NCBI GenBank assembly: GCA_964579865.1
Contig: CAZOIS010000001.1
Location: 1,084 to 65,083 of the forward strand
Origin: an uncultured Lentisphaeraceae bacterium
Lineage (GTDB): Bacteria > Verrucomicrobiota > Kiritimatiellia > RFP12 > UBA1067
Reading direction: 5' to 3'
Length of the DNA stretch: 64,000 nt
Under the pieces are notes generated by a model, which did not search any database, had not been told where the DNA came from, and saw only the letters and a program-made list of their open reading frames with translations. Each line of letters opens with the position of its first letter. Positions within the stretch are counted from its first letter, which is position 1. Positions 48,629 through 59,262 of the stretch are shown one piece after another. Made by a program: the position numbers and the translations under genes.

Positions 48629-49662
48629 TTCAGGAATCCTTCCGGAAATTGCATGGTGACGCAGTGCAGCGAGCCGTGCTGCTTGATCAGCGGCAGGCAG
48701 CCGAGGCCCACGATTTCGCGGCCCGGGAATGCCCTCTGCAACTGGGCGCGGGCGGCCTCGTCCTTTGGCGAGCCGTAGGTCGGCATCAGCACCGCGCCGT
48801 TGATGATCAGGAAGTTGGCGTAGGTGGCGGGCAGGCGCTGCCCGCCCTCGGTCACGCAGTCCGCCATGGGGAGAGGTACCAGCGTGTAGGGCTTGCCGTC
48901 CAGCGTGCGGAACGCGCGCAGCTCCTCCTCCATGCGCTTGAGCGCGTCGAAGTGCTCGTCGGTGCTGTCGTCGCACGCGACATACGCGATCGTGTCGGCG
49001 TTGCAGAGACGCGCGAGGGTGTCGACGTGGCTGTCGGTGTCGTCGCCCGCGAGATAGCCGTGGCGCAGCCACAGCAGACGTTTCGCGCCGAAAGCTGCTT
49101 TGTAAAACGCCTCTAACTCCTCTTTCGAAAAGTGGTCGTTGCGGTTCGGCGAGAGCAGGCACTCCTCCGTGGTCAGGAGCGTGCCCTGGCCGTCGGACTC
49201 GATGCTGCCGCCCTCGAACACGAGATGCTGCATGTCGCGGCAGCGGACGTTGGGGACGAAGACGTTTTGCCCGACCAGGTGCCGCGTGATCTGGTTGTCG
49301 AGATGCGCGGCGAACTTCATGCCCCAGCCGTTGAAGGTGAAATCCAAAAGCGTGGGTTGGCCGTCGGCGAAGACGCTGATCGCGCCGTGGTCGCGCGCCC
49401 AGGTGTCGTTCGACGGAATGGCGCGGAAGCGGACGTTGTCGAGGCGGGCGGCGGCTCCGAGCGAGCGGCGCACGGCGTCGATGTCACGGCAGACGATCAG
49501 CAGCTTTTCGCGCTGCGCGATTTCGGCCGCGATCGCGACGAAGCAAGGGATCACCTCGTCGAGGCGGTCGCGCCAATCGGTGTCGGCGTGTGGCCAGGTG
49601 AGCTGGACGCCGCTCTGCGGCTCCCACTCGGCGGGAAAACGAATCTGAGGGATCTCATTCAT
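48625..49662 (-). CDS. aguA: agmatine deiminase
   Basis: 345 aa. FPAEWEPQSGVQLTWPH...DTWARDHG...GGSIESDGQGTLLTTEECLL...HVDTLARL...GSLHCVTMQ (catalytic Cys) is the PAD_porph/agmatine deiminase pattern. Confidence 0.85.
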   Translation of the reverse strand: MNEIPQIRFPAEWEPQSGVQLTWPHADTDWRDRLDEVIPCFVAIAAEIAQREKLLIVCRDIDAVRRSLGAAARLDNVRFRAIPSNDTWARDHGAISVFADGQPTLLDFTFNGWGMKFAAHLDNQITRHLVGQNVFVPNVRCRDMQHLVFEGGSIESDGQGTLLTTEECLLSPNRNDHFSKEELEAFYKAAFGAKRLLWLRHGYLAGDDTDSHVDTLARLCNADTIAYVACDDSTDEHFDALKRMEEELRAFRTLDGKPYTLVPLPMADCVTEGGQRLPATYANFLIINGAVLMPTYGSPKDEAARAQLQRAFPGREIVGLGCLPLIKQHGSLHCVTMQFPEGFLK

Positions 49663-49789
49663 GGCGGAGTAATGGTTGAAGCTTACACGCCTGCCGTGTG
49701 GGCGTCAATGGGGGCAGACGCAAAAGCGACAGGCAGGCCAGCGCATATAAAAACGGGCGGCATCTTCCGCCGCCCGCCATGCAAAACGT

Positions 49790-51928
49790 CTAGCGCTTGT
49801 CCGGCTTGAGTTCCCGGATCGCCGCTTCGCCCGGCTGCAAGGTCATCTGCTCTTGGCCGAATCCGAACCTGGCCGGCTGGTCGGCGATGCAGGCGAAGAG
49901 CGTGGCGATGCGGCCGTCGGCGAGACGCCATGTGCCGTGCAGCACCGACGGCACGGCAAGCGCGCGCTTGGTTTTGCCGTCTTTTTCGGAGAAGGTCATC
50001 TCGAGCATCGGCACGTTCAGGTCGGGAGACGCCACGCGCTGCCCGAAATTGAGATAGGGCCCGGCGGCTCCGCGCCAGAGATCGAGATGCGCCTTGAGCA
50101 GCCGGAGTTGCGTCGCGTCCGCTTTCTCCGGCTCGCACTGGCGGGTCCAGAGCGCCACCGCCGGGATCTTGCCGCAGACGAAGTTCATGCCGATCTGATA
50201 GAGCGCGAGGCGGTTGGGCTTTTCGGAAACGTAGCAGCCCTCGCTGCCGTAGCCCGCGAGATAGTCGTGATAAACGTGCGTGAAGAGCGGAACGCCGAGC
50301 ACGCCCGCGCCGGAACGCGGCCAGCGGCCCTGATGCAGGTCGCGCGCGTGATAGGTGTCGAGCAACGGCAGGTAATATTCGCCCGGCTCCTCGATCGAGA
50401 ACGCGAAGTTCGGGTCGCGGCTCCGGCCTGTTTTGCGGATTTCGCCGAAGATGCCGTACAGCGCCTGGCTGCACCACGCGCCGCCGCCCTGCGGATGACG
50501 GTGGTCCGGATGGAAACACGCCTTCATGCCGCCACCCACGATCTGGTCGACCTGCACGCAGTCGATGCCCATCTGCTGGCAGCGCTGCGACGTGCCTGTC
50601 AGAATCTCGCGGGCCAGCGGCGTGCCGGCGCAGATCGTGGCGGTCTGACCGACACCTTTGTCCGGCGTCCCGTTCGTGAAGGCGACCCCCTGCGCGTCGC
50701 TGATCGCCCACAGGCGGCCGGTGCGGTTGAATGCCGCCTCCTGGTCGATGGCCTGGCCCTTCAGCGTTTTGTGGAGCGTCCAGTGCAGGCCGGAAAGGAA
50801 GACCATCGTGTGTCCGCCCTGCGCGTGAAGCGCCTTCGTCATCTCCGTAAAAGCCGGTTCGCCGCCGAGCGGCGGGAAGTAGTCGGGCGTGGTCCACGTG
50901 TCGAGCTTTTCCCACGAGATCAGCAGCGTGGTGATCGGCGCACCGACGGCTTGGCTCCAGCGCTGAACCTGATCCGTCAGAGAGGACCGGCGGTCGCCGA
51001 ACGTGCCGTCGCCGCGTTCGCCGCGCAGCGAATAGGTGAAGAGCAGGGCCGGCTCTGTGATCCACTTCGGGATGTCTCCGGAGGCGACCCGTTGCGCCAT
51101 GGTCTGCCGGCACCATGTCTGTTGGACGGCCCAGGCGCGGTAGAGATCGGCTGCGGCCTCCCATGTGATTGTCTTGAGCCCGTCCGCAGGCTCGAGTCCG
51201 GCCACGGCCACGTCGTAGGGCAGACGCCACTCGGCGACGGGCGTCTGCGGCAGCACGTGGGCGATACTGAGTTCAACCCCCTTGCCGCTGCGCTTGGAAC
51301 CGAAGAGCTTGGTGTGTCCCGCGGCATCGCGCGCAGCGAGAAAAAGCCCCGCCCCGGGATCGAAGGCCGCCATCAGTTGCAGCGACGCGGCACCGGGATA
51401 GTGCAGGGCCCGGACGGGGCTGTTTTTTTTGGGATTCATCAGCAGTGTGCCGTCACACTCCGGGAAGAGGAGACGGTCGTTTCCCCCGTCGCCGGAGAAG
51501 GGGAGTTTCAACGCGACCAGCGGGAACCGCACTTCCGCGAGGCGGACCGGTGTGTCGGCGCGGACCGCGATGCGGCCGAGCACGCAGGGCGACGCAGGAT
51601 CGAGCCGATATTCGCAGGTTACGGTGAGGTCAGTGTGGACGCACTCGATGGCCAGAGTGCCGATGCCCGGTTTTATGCGCACGGATGCGGCGTGCGCCGA
51701 CGATATCGTCCGTTCGGCATTCGCTAACTTGATGGTGTAGAGGGGCGCGGCGACGGCCGGGTCGAGCCATTCGCGGCCGGTGCCCCGATCTTTCAGCGAT
51801 ACGAGCGCGCCGCGCGCGGCGTCCCATTCCGCGCGGAGCGTCCGGTTCTGGAGCGCAACGGTTTGTCCCGCTGTGGCCGCGAGCCCGGCAGACAGCGCCG
51901 CCAGGACGACGATACAGTGCTTGGTCAT
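49790..51928 (-). CDS. secreted hypothetical protein, putative glycoside-hydrolase-like
   Basis: 712-aa ORF with signal peptide MTKHCIVVLAALSAGLAATAG. Clean frame, flanked by CAZyme genes. No catalytic motif I can name. Confidence 0.6.
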   Translation of the reverse strand: MTKHCIVVLAALSAGLAATAGQTVALQNRTLRAEWDAARGALVSLKDRGTGREWLDPAVAAPLYTIKLANAERTISSAHAASVRIKPGIGTLAIECVHTDLTVTCEYRLDPASPCVLGRIAVRADTPVRLAEVRFPLVALKLPFSGDGGNDRLLFPECDGTLLMNPKKNSPVRALHYPGAASLQLMAAFDPGAGLFLAARDAAGHTKLFGSKRSGKGVELSIAHVLPQTPVAEWRLPYDVAVAGLEPADGLKTITWEAAADLYRAWAVQQTWCRQTMAQRVASGDIPKWITEPALLFTYSLRGERGDGTFGDRRSSLTDQVQRWSQAVGAPITTLLISWEKLDTWTTPDYFPPLGGEPAFTEMTKALHAQGGHTMVFLSGLHWTLHKTLKGQAIDQEAAFNRTGRLWAISDAQGVAFTNGTPDKGVGQTATICAGTPLAREILTGTSQRCQQMGIDCVQVDQIVGGGMKACFHPDHRHPQGGGAWCSQALYGIFGEIRKTGRSRDPNFAFSIEEPGEYYLPLLDTYHARDLHQGRWPRSGAGVLGVPLFTHVYHDYLAGYGSEGCYVSEKPNRLALYQIGMNFVCGKIPAVALWTRQCEPEKADATQLRLLKAHLDLWRGAAGPYLNFGQRVASPDLNVPMLEMTFSEKDGKTKRALAVPSVLHGTWRLADGRIATLFACIADQPARFGFGQEQMTLQPGEAAIRELKPDKR

Positions 51929-51945
51929 GGTTAGGCGTCCTTACT

Positions 51946-54372
51946 TTATGGTTTTGTCGATGTCTGAAGGAGTTGCGCCTGACGGCGGCTCAGCACAAAT
52001 CGCTCTGGCGTGAGCACGCCGCACTGAAGGTGAAAACCGCCGAGCAAGCCCTGGAACCCCGCATCGAGCGCGGTGCTGTTGCCGAGAACCGGCAGCGAGT
52101 TGATGCGCATGACCTGCGCTTGGGAGGGCACCTCGGCGTCACGTTTTGCATCGACATAGAGTCGCAGCCGTTCGCCGTCGTACACGGTCGCAAGGTGAAC
52201 CCACCGCCCGGCGCTCAACGCCTCGCGCGACGTGAGGGTGGCTTTGCGCCGCACCGCGCACAGGTGGCCATCCGCTTGCAGTGTGAGCGAAACGCCGCAG
52301 GCGTCGGAGAAGAGGGACATGGCCTTTCCGATTGCGTCGGGGCGAGCGACGATTTCCAGCGTGAAGGGGCCGTAAGGCATGGAGCGGCTGGGCAGGATGG
52401 CGCAGTCGTCGCCGCCGTCGAAACGCAGGGCCGCGCGTGCGGCGTCGCGCGTCCACTGCGGGATCCACGTGCCGCTTGTCTGCATGTGCGTGTGCCGCCG
52501 GCCGAGCAGCAGCGGCGTTTGCCAGCCGGAGACGGATGGCAGTTCCGTTCCCGCGCCTTCGGTCATCGGGTATGTGAGCGCGTAGGTTTCGTCCGCGCCG
52601 AGCGTGAGGGACTCTACGCGAGGGGACTCGAAGCGCGAGACGCGATCAGCCCACCAGCCCTCGTCGAAATCCGCGCCGGTGACGATGACAGGGCAAGCGT
52701 GGGTTGCGGTGGCCCGGGCGCTTTTTGCGTGCGCTGGCGCGCTCCAGCACACGTCGCCCGAGAGCGTGCTGTAGCGGGCTACGTAGATGTCCGAGGGGGT
52801 GGCGTCCGTCGCGGGGAGCGGCAGGCGCACCGCGGCCGACGGCGCGCCTTTATGGGCGAGTTCGGCCTCCGCGACGGGCCAGCCGTTGCGCAAGAGGACG
52901 AGGTGTCCCGCCATGTTCCAGCGGTCGAAGCGGACGAGCGCCGTGCGGTTGGTTCCGTCCCGTCGCAGGGTGAGCGTCGGCTGTGCGGCGGCGATGCTGT
53001 CTAAGGGGATGCGGATCGTGCGCAGGCTTTCGAGGTGTCCGCAGCGCAGGGTCACGGGGTAGAGATCGCGCCAGCCATTCGTCTGCGCGGGTGTTGCGAG
53101 CTGCGCCTGCACGCGAAACAGCCGCTTGCCGTCGAGGCCGATCTGCGGCACGCGCAGCGTCACGGCGGTCAGATTCGTGCGGGGCAGCTCGATGGGCGCA
53201 GGCTCAAAGCACGGCTGGCCGGCTTCGTCGAGCAGGCGGACACGCACGGAAGCAGGCTCGGTGGTGTAGGCGAGGCTCACCACCTCTAAAGTCCAGTCGT
53301 CGCCGAGGCTGGCCTCCTCGTGATAGCTGATGAAGAGTTGCGGCGGACGCGGCGGAGGCGGTTCGCCGCGCCAGCGTGCGAGATAGTCGCGGTTGATGCG
53401 CAGCAACGCGTCGCGGTTCACGACCGAGGGCTCGAATTGCGTGTGCTCGACGTAGTCGTTCCAGGTCGTGAGGCAGACCCATGGCGCCCCTGAAGCCAAC
53501 GCGGCCTCCCACGTGTCGCGCAGGGTTCCGCTGTTCAGATAGGGTCGGTAGAAGCTGTTGCCGTTGCCGAGGTAGCCCTGGGTGATGCCGGCGACCAGCA
53601 GGCCGCCGGTGCGGTGCGCGGCGAGGGCTTTCTGCCCATTGGTGAGGCGCTCCAGCATCTGTGCGGAGGTGAAGCCGTTGATGCCGAAGTCGTAGAAGCC
53701 GTCGAACACGGCGAGGTTGTCGGCGAGCGTCTGCGCGTTGCTCCACAGCGTGCCTTCTCCCATGGGTTGCACGAGCCAGTAGGCGGCGAGCCCGCGCGTC
53801 CTCAGGGCGTCGATGATTTGCCGCCACTCGGCTAGGGTGCGCGGGCGGCTGTTGTAGATGAAGATCACAGGTTTCCCTTGGACGAGGCAGGTGTTGGGAT
53901 GGCGGCCCCAGCGCACCAGATAGGTCGCGAAGAGTTGAGCCATCGCCTCGGGCGAAGGCGCGGTGCCGTCGACGCAGGGGGCGACTTTAAAACTTGTCCC
54001 TTCGGCGGCCCGGTAGAAGCGGGTCATCGCATCCGCATAGAAGGCCTCGCGACTTTTTTCCTGCAAGACCAGATCCACACAGAAGCCGTCGATGCCGTAT
54101 TGGAGTGCGGTGCGGACTTGAAGTTTCGTGGCTTCTCCGACGCCTTCGTCTGTCTGGGCGTGGCGTCCGAGCAAGGAGCGGTCGTTGAAGCGCTGCGCGT
54201 TCCAGACGGGATCGAGCGCCGCCCGGTCATAGCCGTTGATCTGGTCGAACCCCCAGGCGACATAATGAGCCCAGCACATTTTAGGCGGGGTGCCGACCGC
54301 CGCAAAGACCGCGCTTGCGGCGCTGATCACGCCGCAGAACAGCAGGCGAAAGAGGGTGGCCGGTTTACGCAT
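51946..54372 (-). CDS. GH71/GH99-like glycoside hydrolase with C-terminal LamG (concanavalin-like) domain
   Basis: Signal peptide. TIM-barrel-like N-domain with CLTTWNDYVEHTQFEPS (GH71-like W-N-D-Y-x-E). C-terminal LRFDGGDDCAILPS...RWVHLATVYDGERLRLYVD is LamG-like. Confidence 0.7.
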   Translation of the reverse strand: MRKPATLFRLLFCGVISAASAVFAAVGTPPKMCWAHYVAWGFDQINGYDRAALDPVWNAQRFNDRSLLGRHAQTDEGVGEATKLQVRTALQYGIDGFCVDLVLQEKSREAFYADAMTRFYRAAEGTSFKVAPCVDGTAPSPEAMAQLFATYLVRWGRHPNTCLVQGKPVIFIYNSRPRTLAEWRQIIDALRTRGLAAYWLVQPMGEGTLWSNAQTLADNLAVFDGFYDFGINGFTSAQMLERLTNGQKALAAHRTGGLLVAGITQGYLGNGNSFYRPYLNSGTLRDTWEAALASGAPWVCLTTWNDYVEHTQFEPSVVNRDALLRINRDYLARWRGEPPPPRPPQLFISYHEEASLGDDWTLEVVSLAYTTEPASVRVRLLDEAGQPCFEPAPIELPRTNLTAVTLRVPQIGLDGKRLFRVQAQLATPAQTNGWRDLYPVTLRCGHLESLRTIRIPLDSIAAAQPTLTLRRDGTNRTALVRFDRWNMAGHLVLLRNGWPVAEAELAHKGAPSAAVRLPLPATDATPSDIYVARYSTLSGDVCWSAPAHAKSARATATHACPVIVTGADFDEGWWADRVSRFESPRVESLTLGADETYALTYPMTEGAGTELPSVSGWQTPLLLGRRHTHMQTSGTWIPQWTRDAARAALRFDGGDDCAILPSRSMPYGPFTLEIVARPDAIGKAMSLFSDACGVSLTLQADGHLCAVRRKATLTSREALSAGRWVHLATVYDGERLRLYVDAKRDAEVPSQAQVMRINSLPVLGNSTALDAGFQGLLGGFHLQCGVLTPERFVLSRRQAQLLQTSTKP

Positions 54373-54375
54373 GGG

Positions 54376-56661
54376 TTACGGTTCCGGCAGCGGGGGCAGG
54401 GGCGTGACCGCATGGGCCACCGGCCAGGTCGCGCGTCCGCTGTCCGGATAGAGCCCGATCTTCTCGACGGGTATCCGCTGGAATCCCAGCTTCCAGGCCG
54501 GCGAATCTTCCCGGAGGCGGAAATCTTCCTGCTTCTCATCGGCGAATTTCGGATCCTCGTTGATCAGGTTGTTCTCGAACGTCACGAGCGGCTCGGCGCG
54601 GTCCTCGATGTGCTTCCACCACGTTTGGCCGACCGGCTGGCCTTTTGACACGCGCCGCAGGTTCTCGCCTTGGCCTTGCCAAAAGAGGTTGCGCCGAACA
54701 ATGTTGCCCTTCGGTTTCGCCGGCTCGTCGTCGAGCATCGCCGCCACTTGCGGGTAGCGCGTGACGAAAGGCGGCTCTTTGATCTTCACGCCGCACAGCA
54801 CGCCGGTTTCGCGACAGGTCTTGAGTCGCGCTTCAGCATACGGGGCGGCCCAGCCGAGCGCGCGGGCATCCAGGTGGAAGGCGTGCGGGCAATCGACGAA
54901 CACGTTGTTTTCGATCACGTTGTCGCGGCCGCCGCCGATGAAGACCGGCTTCCAGACCTGATAGAAAAGGTTGTTGCGCACGGTGGCCCCCGAGAATTCG
55001 TCGTCGAGGTAAATGCCGTTGCACGCGCCGCCGTCTTTGCCGCAGAGGTGGTGCAGGTAGTTGTATTGGAACACGTTTCCCCGCAGGCACCAGCTGCGTC
55101 CGGCGTAGATGGCCCCGCAGTCGTGCGACTCCTGGCAGACATTGTGGATTTCGTTGTACTCGAAGAGGTGCTCCATGCCGCCGAACAGGATCGCCGAATG
55201 CGGCGCGTGGTGAATCAGGTTATGCGCGGCGCGCAGGCCGACGCCGCTCATGAAAATGCCGGGCCGGTACATGCGGTCCCAGCGCCCGAAATGATGGATG
55301 TGGTTGTTCTCCGCCGTGTGGCCGGCGTGTGTGAGCGTGGCGCGGTCGCCCCCCAGCAGGTAGATGCCGCCGCCGCCCATCCCGGACAGGTCGCACCCGA
55401 CCACGCGGCACGCCTGGCCGCCGACGACGGTCACGGCGTGGTTGCCCATGTTCCGGACCGTGCAGCCGACCACGCGGCACTGCTGGCCGTTTTTGACGGA
55501 GACGGCGGTGCCGCGGGCGTTTTCCATCGCGAATCCGCTGAGCGTCACGTAGGCGGTATCCGTCAGCGTAAACAGGCCGGCGGCCATCGAAACCTCTGCG
55601 CGGCTGTTGTCCAAGGGGGCGGGCGGCCAGAAGTAGAGCCTTCCGGCGTCGCGGTCGATCATCCATTCGCCGGGCATGTCGATTTCACACAGCAGGTTGA
55701 GCCCTTGGAACCACTGTCCCGCCCGATACCCGTAGAAATGGTAGGGCGGCGCGACGGCGAGGGTCCGCTGCGCCGTGTCGATGGCTGCGATCCGGTGGCA
55801 TTGCAGGGCCCAGTCCCGGAACCAGTAGCCCCGGACAAACGCATCCTTTTCCTTGAGCCAACGCTCGGGGCGGTTGTCCGTATAGGTGAAAAGCCCTTCT
55901 TTGCAGCCGATCACGCCGCGGACATTGATTTCCGTTTTCCCCCGCACCGTTCCGATTTTGGTGAAGCCCGTATTGGGCCAGCGCGAAAGCTCCATCGGCG
56001 TGCCGTTGAAAAAAAGCTCCAGGCGCGGCGAGACGGTTCGCCCGCTCTTGACCGCCTCGTGGCTGGCCATCGCGTTCCCGATCTCATCCTCGTTCTGATT
56101 GTCGGCCACGGACAGCGCGTGTTGCAGTTCCCATGCCGCGTCCAGATCCAAGTCGCCGTATTCGGTGATGCCCAGCGCGTTGAGGTCCGCTTGGAAAATC
56201 TTGTCCCGCGCCGCCGGGTCGAGCCGTTCCAACACGGCCGGGTCCGTGACGGGTTTCCAGTCGGAGAGGGTCCGGCTGCCGCTGATCACGACGTTCTTTC
56301 CCGGACGGGCGCGATAGGTGACCGGCGACTCCGCCGTGCCCGAATCCTCGGCCGTCAGCGCCACCGGCCGGGTCAGCGTGTAGTGTCCGGCGGCAAGTTC
56401 AACGGTGACGCCCCCCTTGGGCAGCCCGCCCGCCCGTTTCAGTTCCCGGATCTTTTGGCGGGCGGCTGTGAGCGTGGCGAGCGGCGCACGGCGCGAACCG
56501 TCCGCCGTGTCGCTTCCGTCGGGCGCGACGCAGAAGATGAGCGCCGCGGTGTCGCCGGCCGTGTTGCGGGTGCCGCCTTTCGGCAGAAGGTGTCGGCAGG
56601 CGGCAAGGGATAAGGTCGCCAGCGTGACGGTCAGGAGGAGGCCGGACGTGTTGTTTTTCAT
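54376..56661 (-). CDS. lipoprotein, right-handed parallel beta-helix repeat protein (pectate-lyase fold)
   Basis: Track ORF trimmed to ATG 56661. Lipobox LATLSLAAC. Cap FCVAPDGSDTADGSRRAPLATLTAARQKI. Multiple beta-helix coils (NHAVTVVGGQACRVVGCDLSGMGGGGIYLLGG...). Confidence 0.8.
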   Translation of the reverse strand: MKNNTSGLLLTVTLATLSLAACRHLLPKGGTRNTAGDTAALIFCVAPDGSDTADGSRRAPLATLTAARQKIRELKRAGGLPKGGVTVELAAGHYTLTRPVALTAEDSGTAESPVTYRARPGKNVVISGSRTLSDWKPVTDPAVLERLDPAARDKIFQADLNALGITEYGDLDLDAAWELQHALSVADNQNEDEIGNAMASHEAVKSGRTVSPRLELFFNGTPMELSRWPNTGFTKIGTVRGKTEINVRGVIGCKEGLFTYTDNRPERWLKEKDAFVRGYWFRDWALQCHRIAAIDTAQRTLAVAPPYHFYGYRAGQWFQGLNLLCEIDMPGEWMIDRDAGRLYFWPPAPLDNSRAEVSMAAGLFTLTDTAYVTLSGFAMENARGTAVSVKNGQQCRVVGCTVRNMGNHAVTVVGGQACRVVGCDLSGMGGGGIYLLGGDRATLTHAGHTAENNHIHHFGRWDRMYRPGIFMSGVGLRAAHNLIHHAPHSAILFGGMEHLFEYNEIHNVCQESHDCGAIYAGRSWCLRGNVFQYNYLHHLCGKDGGACNGIYLDDEFSGATVRNNLFYQVWKPVFIGGGRDNVIENNVFVDCPHAFHLDARALGWAAPYAEARLKTCRETGVLCGVKIKEPPFVTRYPQVAAMLDDEPAKPKGNIVRRNLFWQGQGENLRRVSKGQPVGQTWWKHIEDRAEPLVTFENNLINEDPKFADEKQEDFRLREDSPAWKLGFQRIPVEKIGLYPDSGRATWPVAHAVTPLPPLPEP

Positions 56662-56678
56662 GGCATACGATCTGACAA

Positions 56679-59078
56679 TCATTTGAGTTGCAGCGTTCCC
56701 GCCTGTTCCAGCTTCCAGTTCTCCGCCTGCGTGCCTTCCCAGCAGTGCCACTCGCCGAACTCGCTGTAGAAGGCGGCCACGTTGAAGCCGACCTTCAGGC
56801 CCGGTTCAGGTTTCAGGCCCAGCGCCGCGAAGGGAATGGCCCACTCGCCGCGCCAGCCGCGGCCGAAGAGCGCCGCGCCCGAGCCGACGGCTTTGACGGC
56901 AAAGCGCGTCTCCTTGCCCAGCCGTGCGGCGGCTTCGGCCGGCGCGCCCGCATCGGTGGCGCTCAAGAGCGCGCCGCCCGCGAAGCCGCGGATCACGAAG
57001 GTCGCCGGCTGGCCTTCGGGCGTCTTGCCGGCGATGCAGATCTCCACGCCGTCGTCTTTGCCCCAGACCGAGTTGGTGCTGACTTTTGCGGGGCCGAACA
57101 GCGTGACGTTGGCCGAAACATACAGGCACTGGTCGTCGTAGCCGAATTTGACCAGCGTCGGCGAGCCGCCGACAGAGTAGCGCGCGGGCTCGCGGTCCAG
57201 CGTCAGCAGCTTGCCGGGCCACTCGCCGTTCTTGATCTCGCCGTCGAGCGTCGGCGCGGCGGCGACGCGCTCGGCGTCGATCGGATAGGCTTTGCGGCCG
57301 GGGACAGGCTCGGCCGGCACCGCGTCGCTGATGGTGAAGGCCTGCGCTTTCCCGTCCTTGGCGAGCCCTTCGCGGTAGATCGCGTTGCCCTTCCAAGACG
57401 TGATGCCGTTCGCCTGGCGCACGTTGAGTTTGCCGGGAATAAAGAGCGTGTTGCCCTCGAAGGAGCAGCCGACGGAACGCTGGAACGAGACGGTCATGTC
57501 GGTGTCGGAAATGAACACGTTGTTCCGCACCGTGATGTTGCGGGTGATGTGGTTGTGGGTCGGCATCGGCACGCCGATCGCGACGTTGCGCTCGACGATG
57601 CAGTTTTTTGCGCCCTCGTCGAGATAGTAGGCGGAGGCCCCGAAGCCGGAACCGACCTGGACCACGTCGCGCACGACGTTGCCGCGGATGGTGCAGGTGT
57701 CCATGTTGCCGTAGATCGCCGCGCCGTCGTGCAGTTCGCGCATCACGCGGTAGATCAGGTTCTCTTCGTAGAGGGACTCCTTGCCGCCGCCGATGATGCC
57801 GGAGTAGGGGGCGTCGTGGATTTCGTTGCGGTAGATGTGCATCTTGCTGCCGCTCAGCATGGAGGCGGCCGCGCTCGGATAGTAGACGCCGAGGTGGTGG
57901 ATGTGGTTCCGCGCGACCAGCGTGTCCGCCCCATTGATCGTCGCGCCGCAGGCGCCGGTGTGGCGCACCTGACAATCCGTGATTCGGCATCCGTTCAGCC
58001 GGCTCGCGTTGATGCCGACGCCGCCCACGTTGCAGATCTCAAGCTTCTCGAGCGCGCATGCGTTGGCATAGACCATCTGGACGGCGCCGTCGAAGGCGCC
58101 CGCGCCGAAGCTGGCGGATTTGAGCGGCGGCGTGGTGGCCTGCAGCGTCAGGCCGCGCAGCGTGATGGCCTCAACCGGCTTCTTGGCGTTGCCGAGGAGA
58201 CCGATGATCCGTTCGGCGGTCGGCGCGATGATCTTGATTTTCGCCATGTCCTCGTCGGGCAGAGGCCAATAGACCAGTTTGCCGGCGGTGCGGTCGAGAT
58301 ACCATTGTCCCGGACGGGTCATGCCCTCGCGTGTGTTGTAGATCACGTATTTGCGGCGATTGCAGGCCCCCGGCGGCCAAGAGGGCTCGGACGTCAGGAT
58401 GAGCGCGTGGCGCTGAAGGTCGTTGCTGGCCACGCCCACGAGCGATTCGGCCCACATGTGATACATGCGTACTTCGGCGTTGCGCACGTCGAGCGAGGCC
58501 GGGATGTCTTCCGGCTTATAGGGCATCGTGGTGAGTTCTTCGTGGGTGGGTTTGCGCTCCCAGAAGCCTGCCACGCAGGGCAGTAGCGGCTGGTTCCAGG
58601 TGCCGAGGTTGTCGAACGTGTTGGTGCCCGGATAAACGGCGCGCTCGCCCAAGCGGTGGTTGACGACCAGCGCCCGGAAATCCCAGGTGCCTTCTTTCAC
58701 GCCTGCCAATTCCGCAGACCATAATTTTTCGTCTTCCCGCTTCCAGTTGGTGATCTGCTTTCCGCCGTAGAGCGTGACAATGCCGTTGGTGGTCGCAGCT
58801 TCGATCGTGAGGCCGTTGTCCTGCGCGTCCAGCGCGAGCGGTTTGGCCATGTAATAATCCCCCGGCAGGGCCCTGATCGTGTGCGGCCCCTGTCCGGCTT
58901 TGCGCGCCGCGTCGCGCGCGGCCTCAAACGTGGCCAGCGGCTGCGCCTGTGTACCCGGATTCGCGTCGCTGCCCTGCGGCGCGACATGGAAGGTGGCGGC
59001 CGCTCCCCCGGCTGGCGCGATGGCCACAGACAGGCCGGCGCAAAACACGGCCAGCGACGACTTCAACGACAGATGCAT
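56679..59078 (-). CDS. secreted right-handed parallel beta-helix repeat protein with C-terminal CBM9/DOMON-like domain
   Basis: Signal peptide. Cap FHVAPQGSDANPGTQAQPLATFEAARDAARKAG. Beta-helix coils. C-terminal DGEIKNGEWPG...CLYVSANV...GWRGEWAIPFAALG resembles CBM9-type modules. Confidence 0.8.
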   Translation of the reverse strand: MHLSLKSSLAVFCAGLSVAIAPAGGAAATFHVAPQGSDANPGTQAQPLATFEAARDAARKAGQGPHTIRALPGDYYMAKPLALDAQDNGLTIEAATTNGIVTLYGGKQITNWKREDEKLWSAELAGVKEGTWDFRALVVNHRLGERAVYPGTNTFDNLGTWNQPLLPCVAGFWERKPTHEELTTMPYKPEDIPASLDVRNAEVRMYHMWAESLVGVASNDLQRHALILTSEPSWPPGACNRRKYVIYNTREGMTRPGQWYLDRTAGKLVYWPLPDEDMAKIKIIAPTAERIIGLLGNAKKPVEAITLRGLTLQATTPPLKSASFGAGAFDGAVQMVYANACALEKLEICNVGGVGINASRLNGCRITDCQVRHTGACGATINGADTLVARNHIHHLGVYYPSAAASMLSGSKMHIYRNEIHDAPYSGIIGGGKESLYEENLIYRVMRELHDGAAIYGNMDTCTIRGNVVRDVVQVGSGFGASAYYLDEGAKNCIVERNVAIGVPMPTHNHITRNITVRNNVFISDTDMTVSFQRSVGCSFEGNTLFIPGKLNVRQANGITSWKGNAIYREGLAKDGKAQAFTISDAVPAEPVPGRKAYPIDAERVAAAPTLDGEIKNGEWPGKLLTLDREPARYSVGGSPTLVKFGYDDQCLYVSANVTLFGPAKVSTNSVWGKDDGVEICIAGKTPEGQPATFVIRGFAGGALLSATDAGAPAEAAARLGKETRFAVKAVGSGAALFGRGWRGEWAIPFAALGLKPEPGLKVGFNVAAFYSEFGEWHCWEGTQAENWKLEQAGTLQLK

Positions 59079-59238
59079 GCTTCCCCCTTTTTTGTGCTCC
59101 GCGCGCCCCTCGCGCCTCGACGTCCTTGTCCGGCCATAAGGACCCCCCAGAAAAAACGGTCGGGTTCGCGGCCGCGTACGGCCTCACTTATCAGGAGGCA
59201 GTATAGCATCCACTTTCGGTTCATGTAAATCCACCTTG

Positions 59239-59254
59239 ACCGATCACTTCAAGT
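59239..59254 (+). promoter_or_regulatory. conserved 16-mer ACCGATCACTTCAAGT (copy 2)
   Basis: Exact 16/16 identity with the locus B copy. Followed after 9 nt by GATTACGAATAGGA. Confidence 0.4.
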
Positions 59255-59262
59255 TGGGGTCA

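Noticed and set aside
47076-49662. bfr and aguB-aguA as something unusual
   Set aside because: These are ordinary housekeeping iron-storage and polyamine genes with canonical motifs. The ATGA coupling of aguA/aguB is typical.
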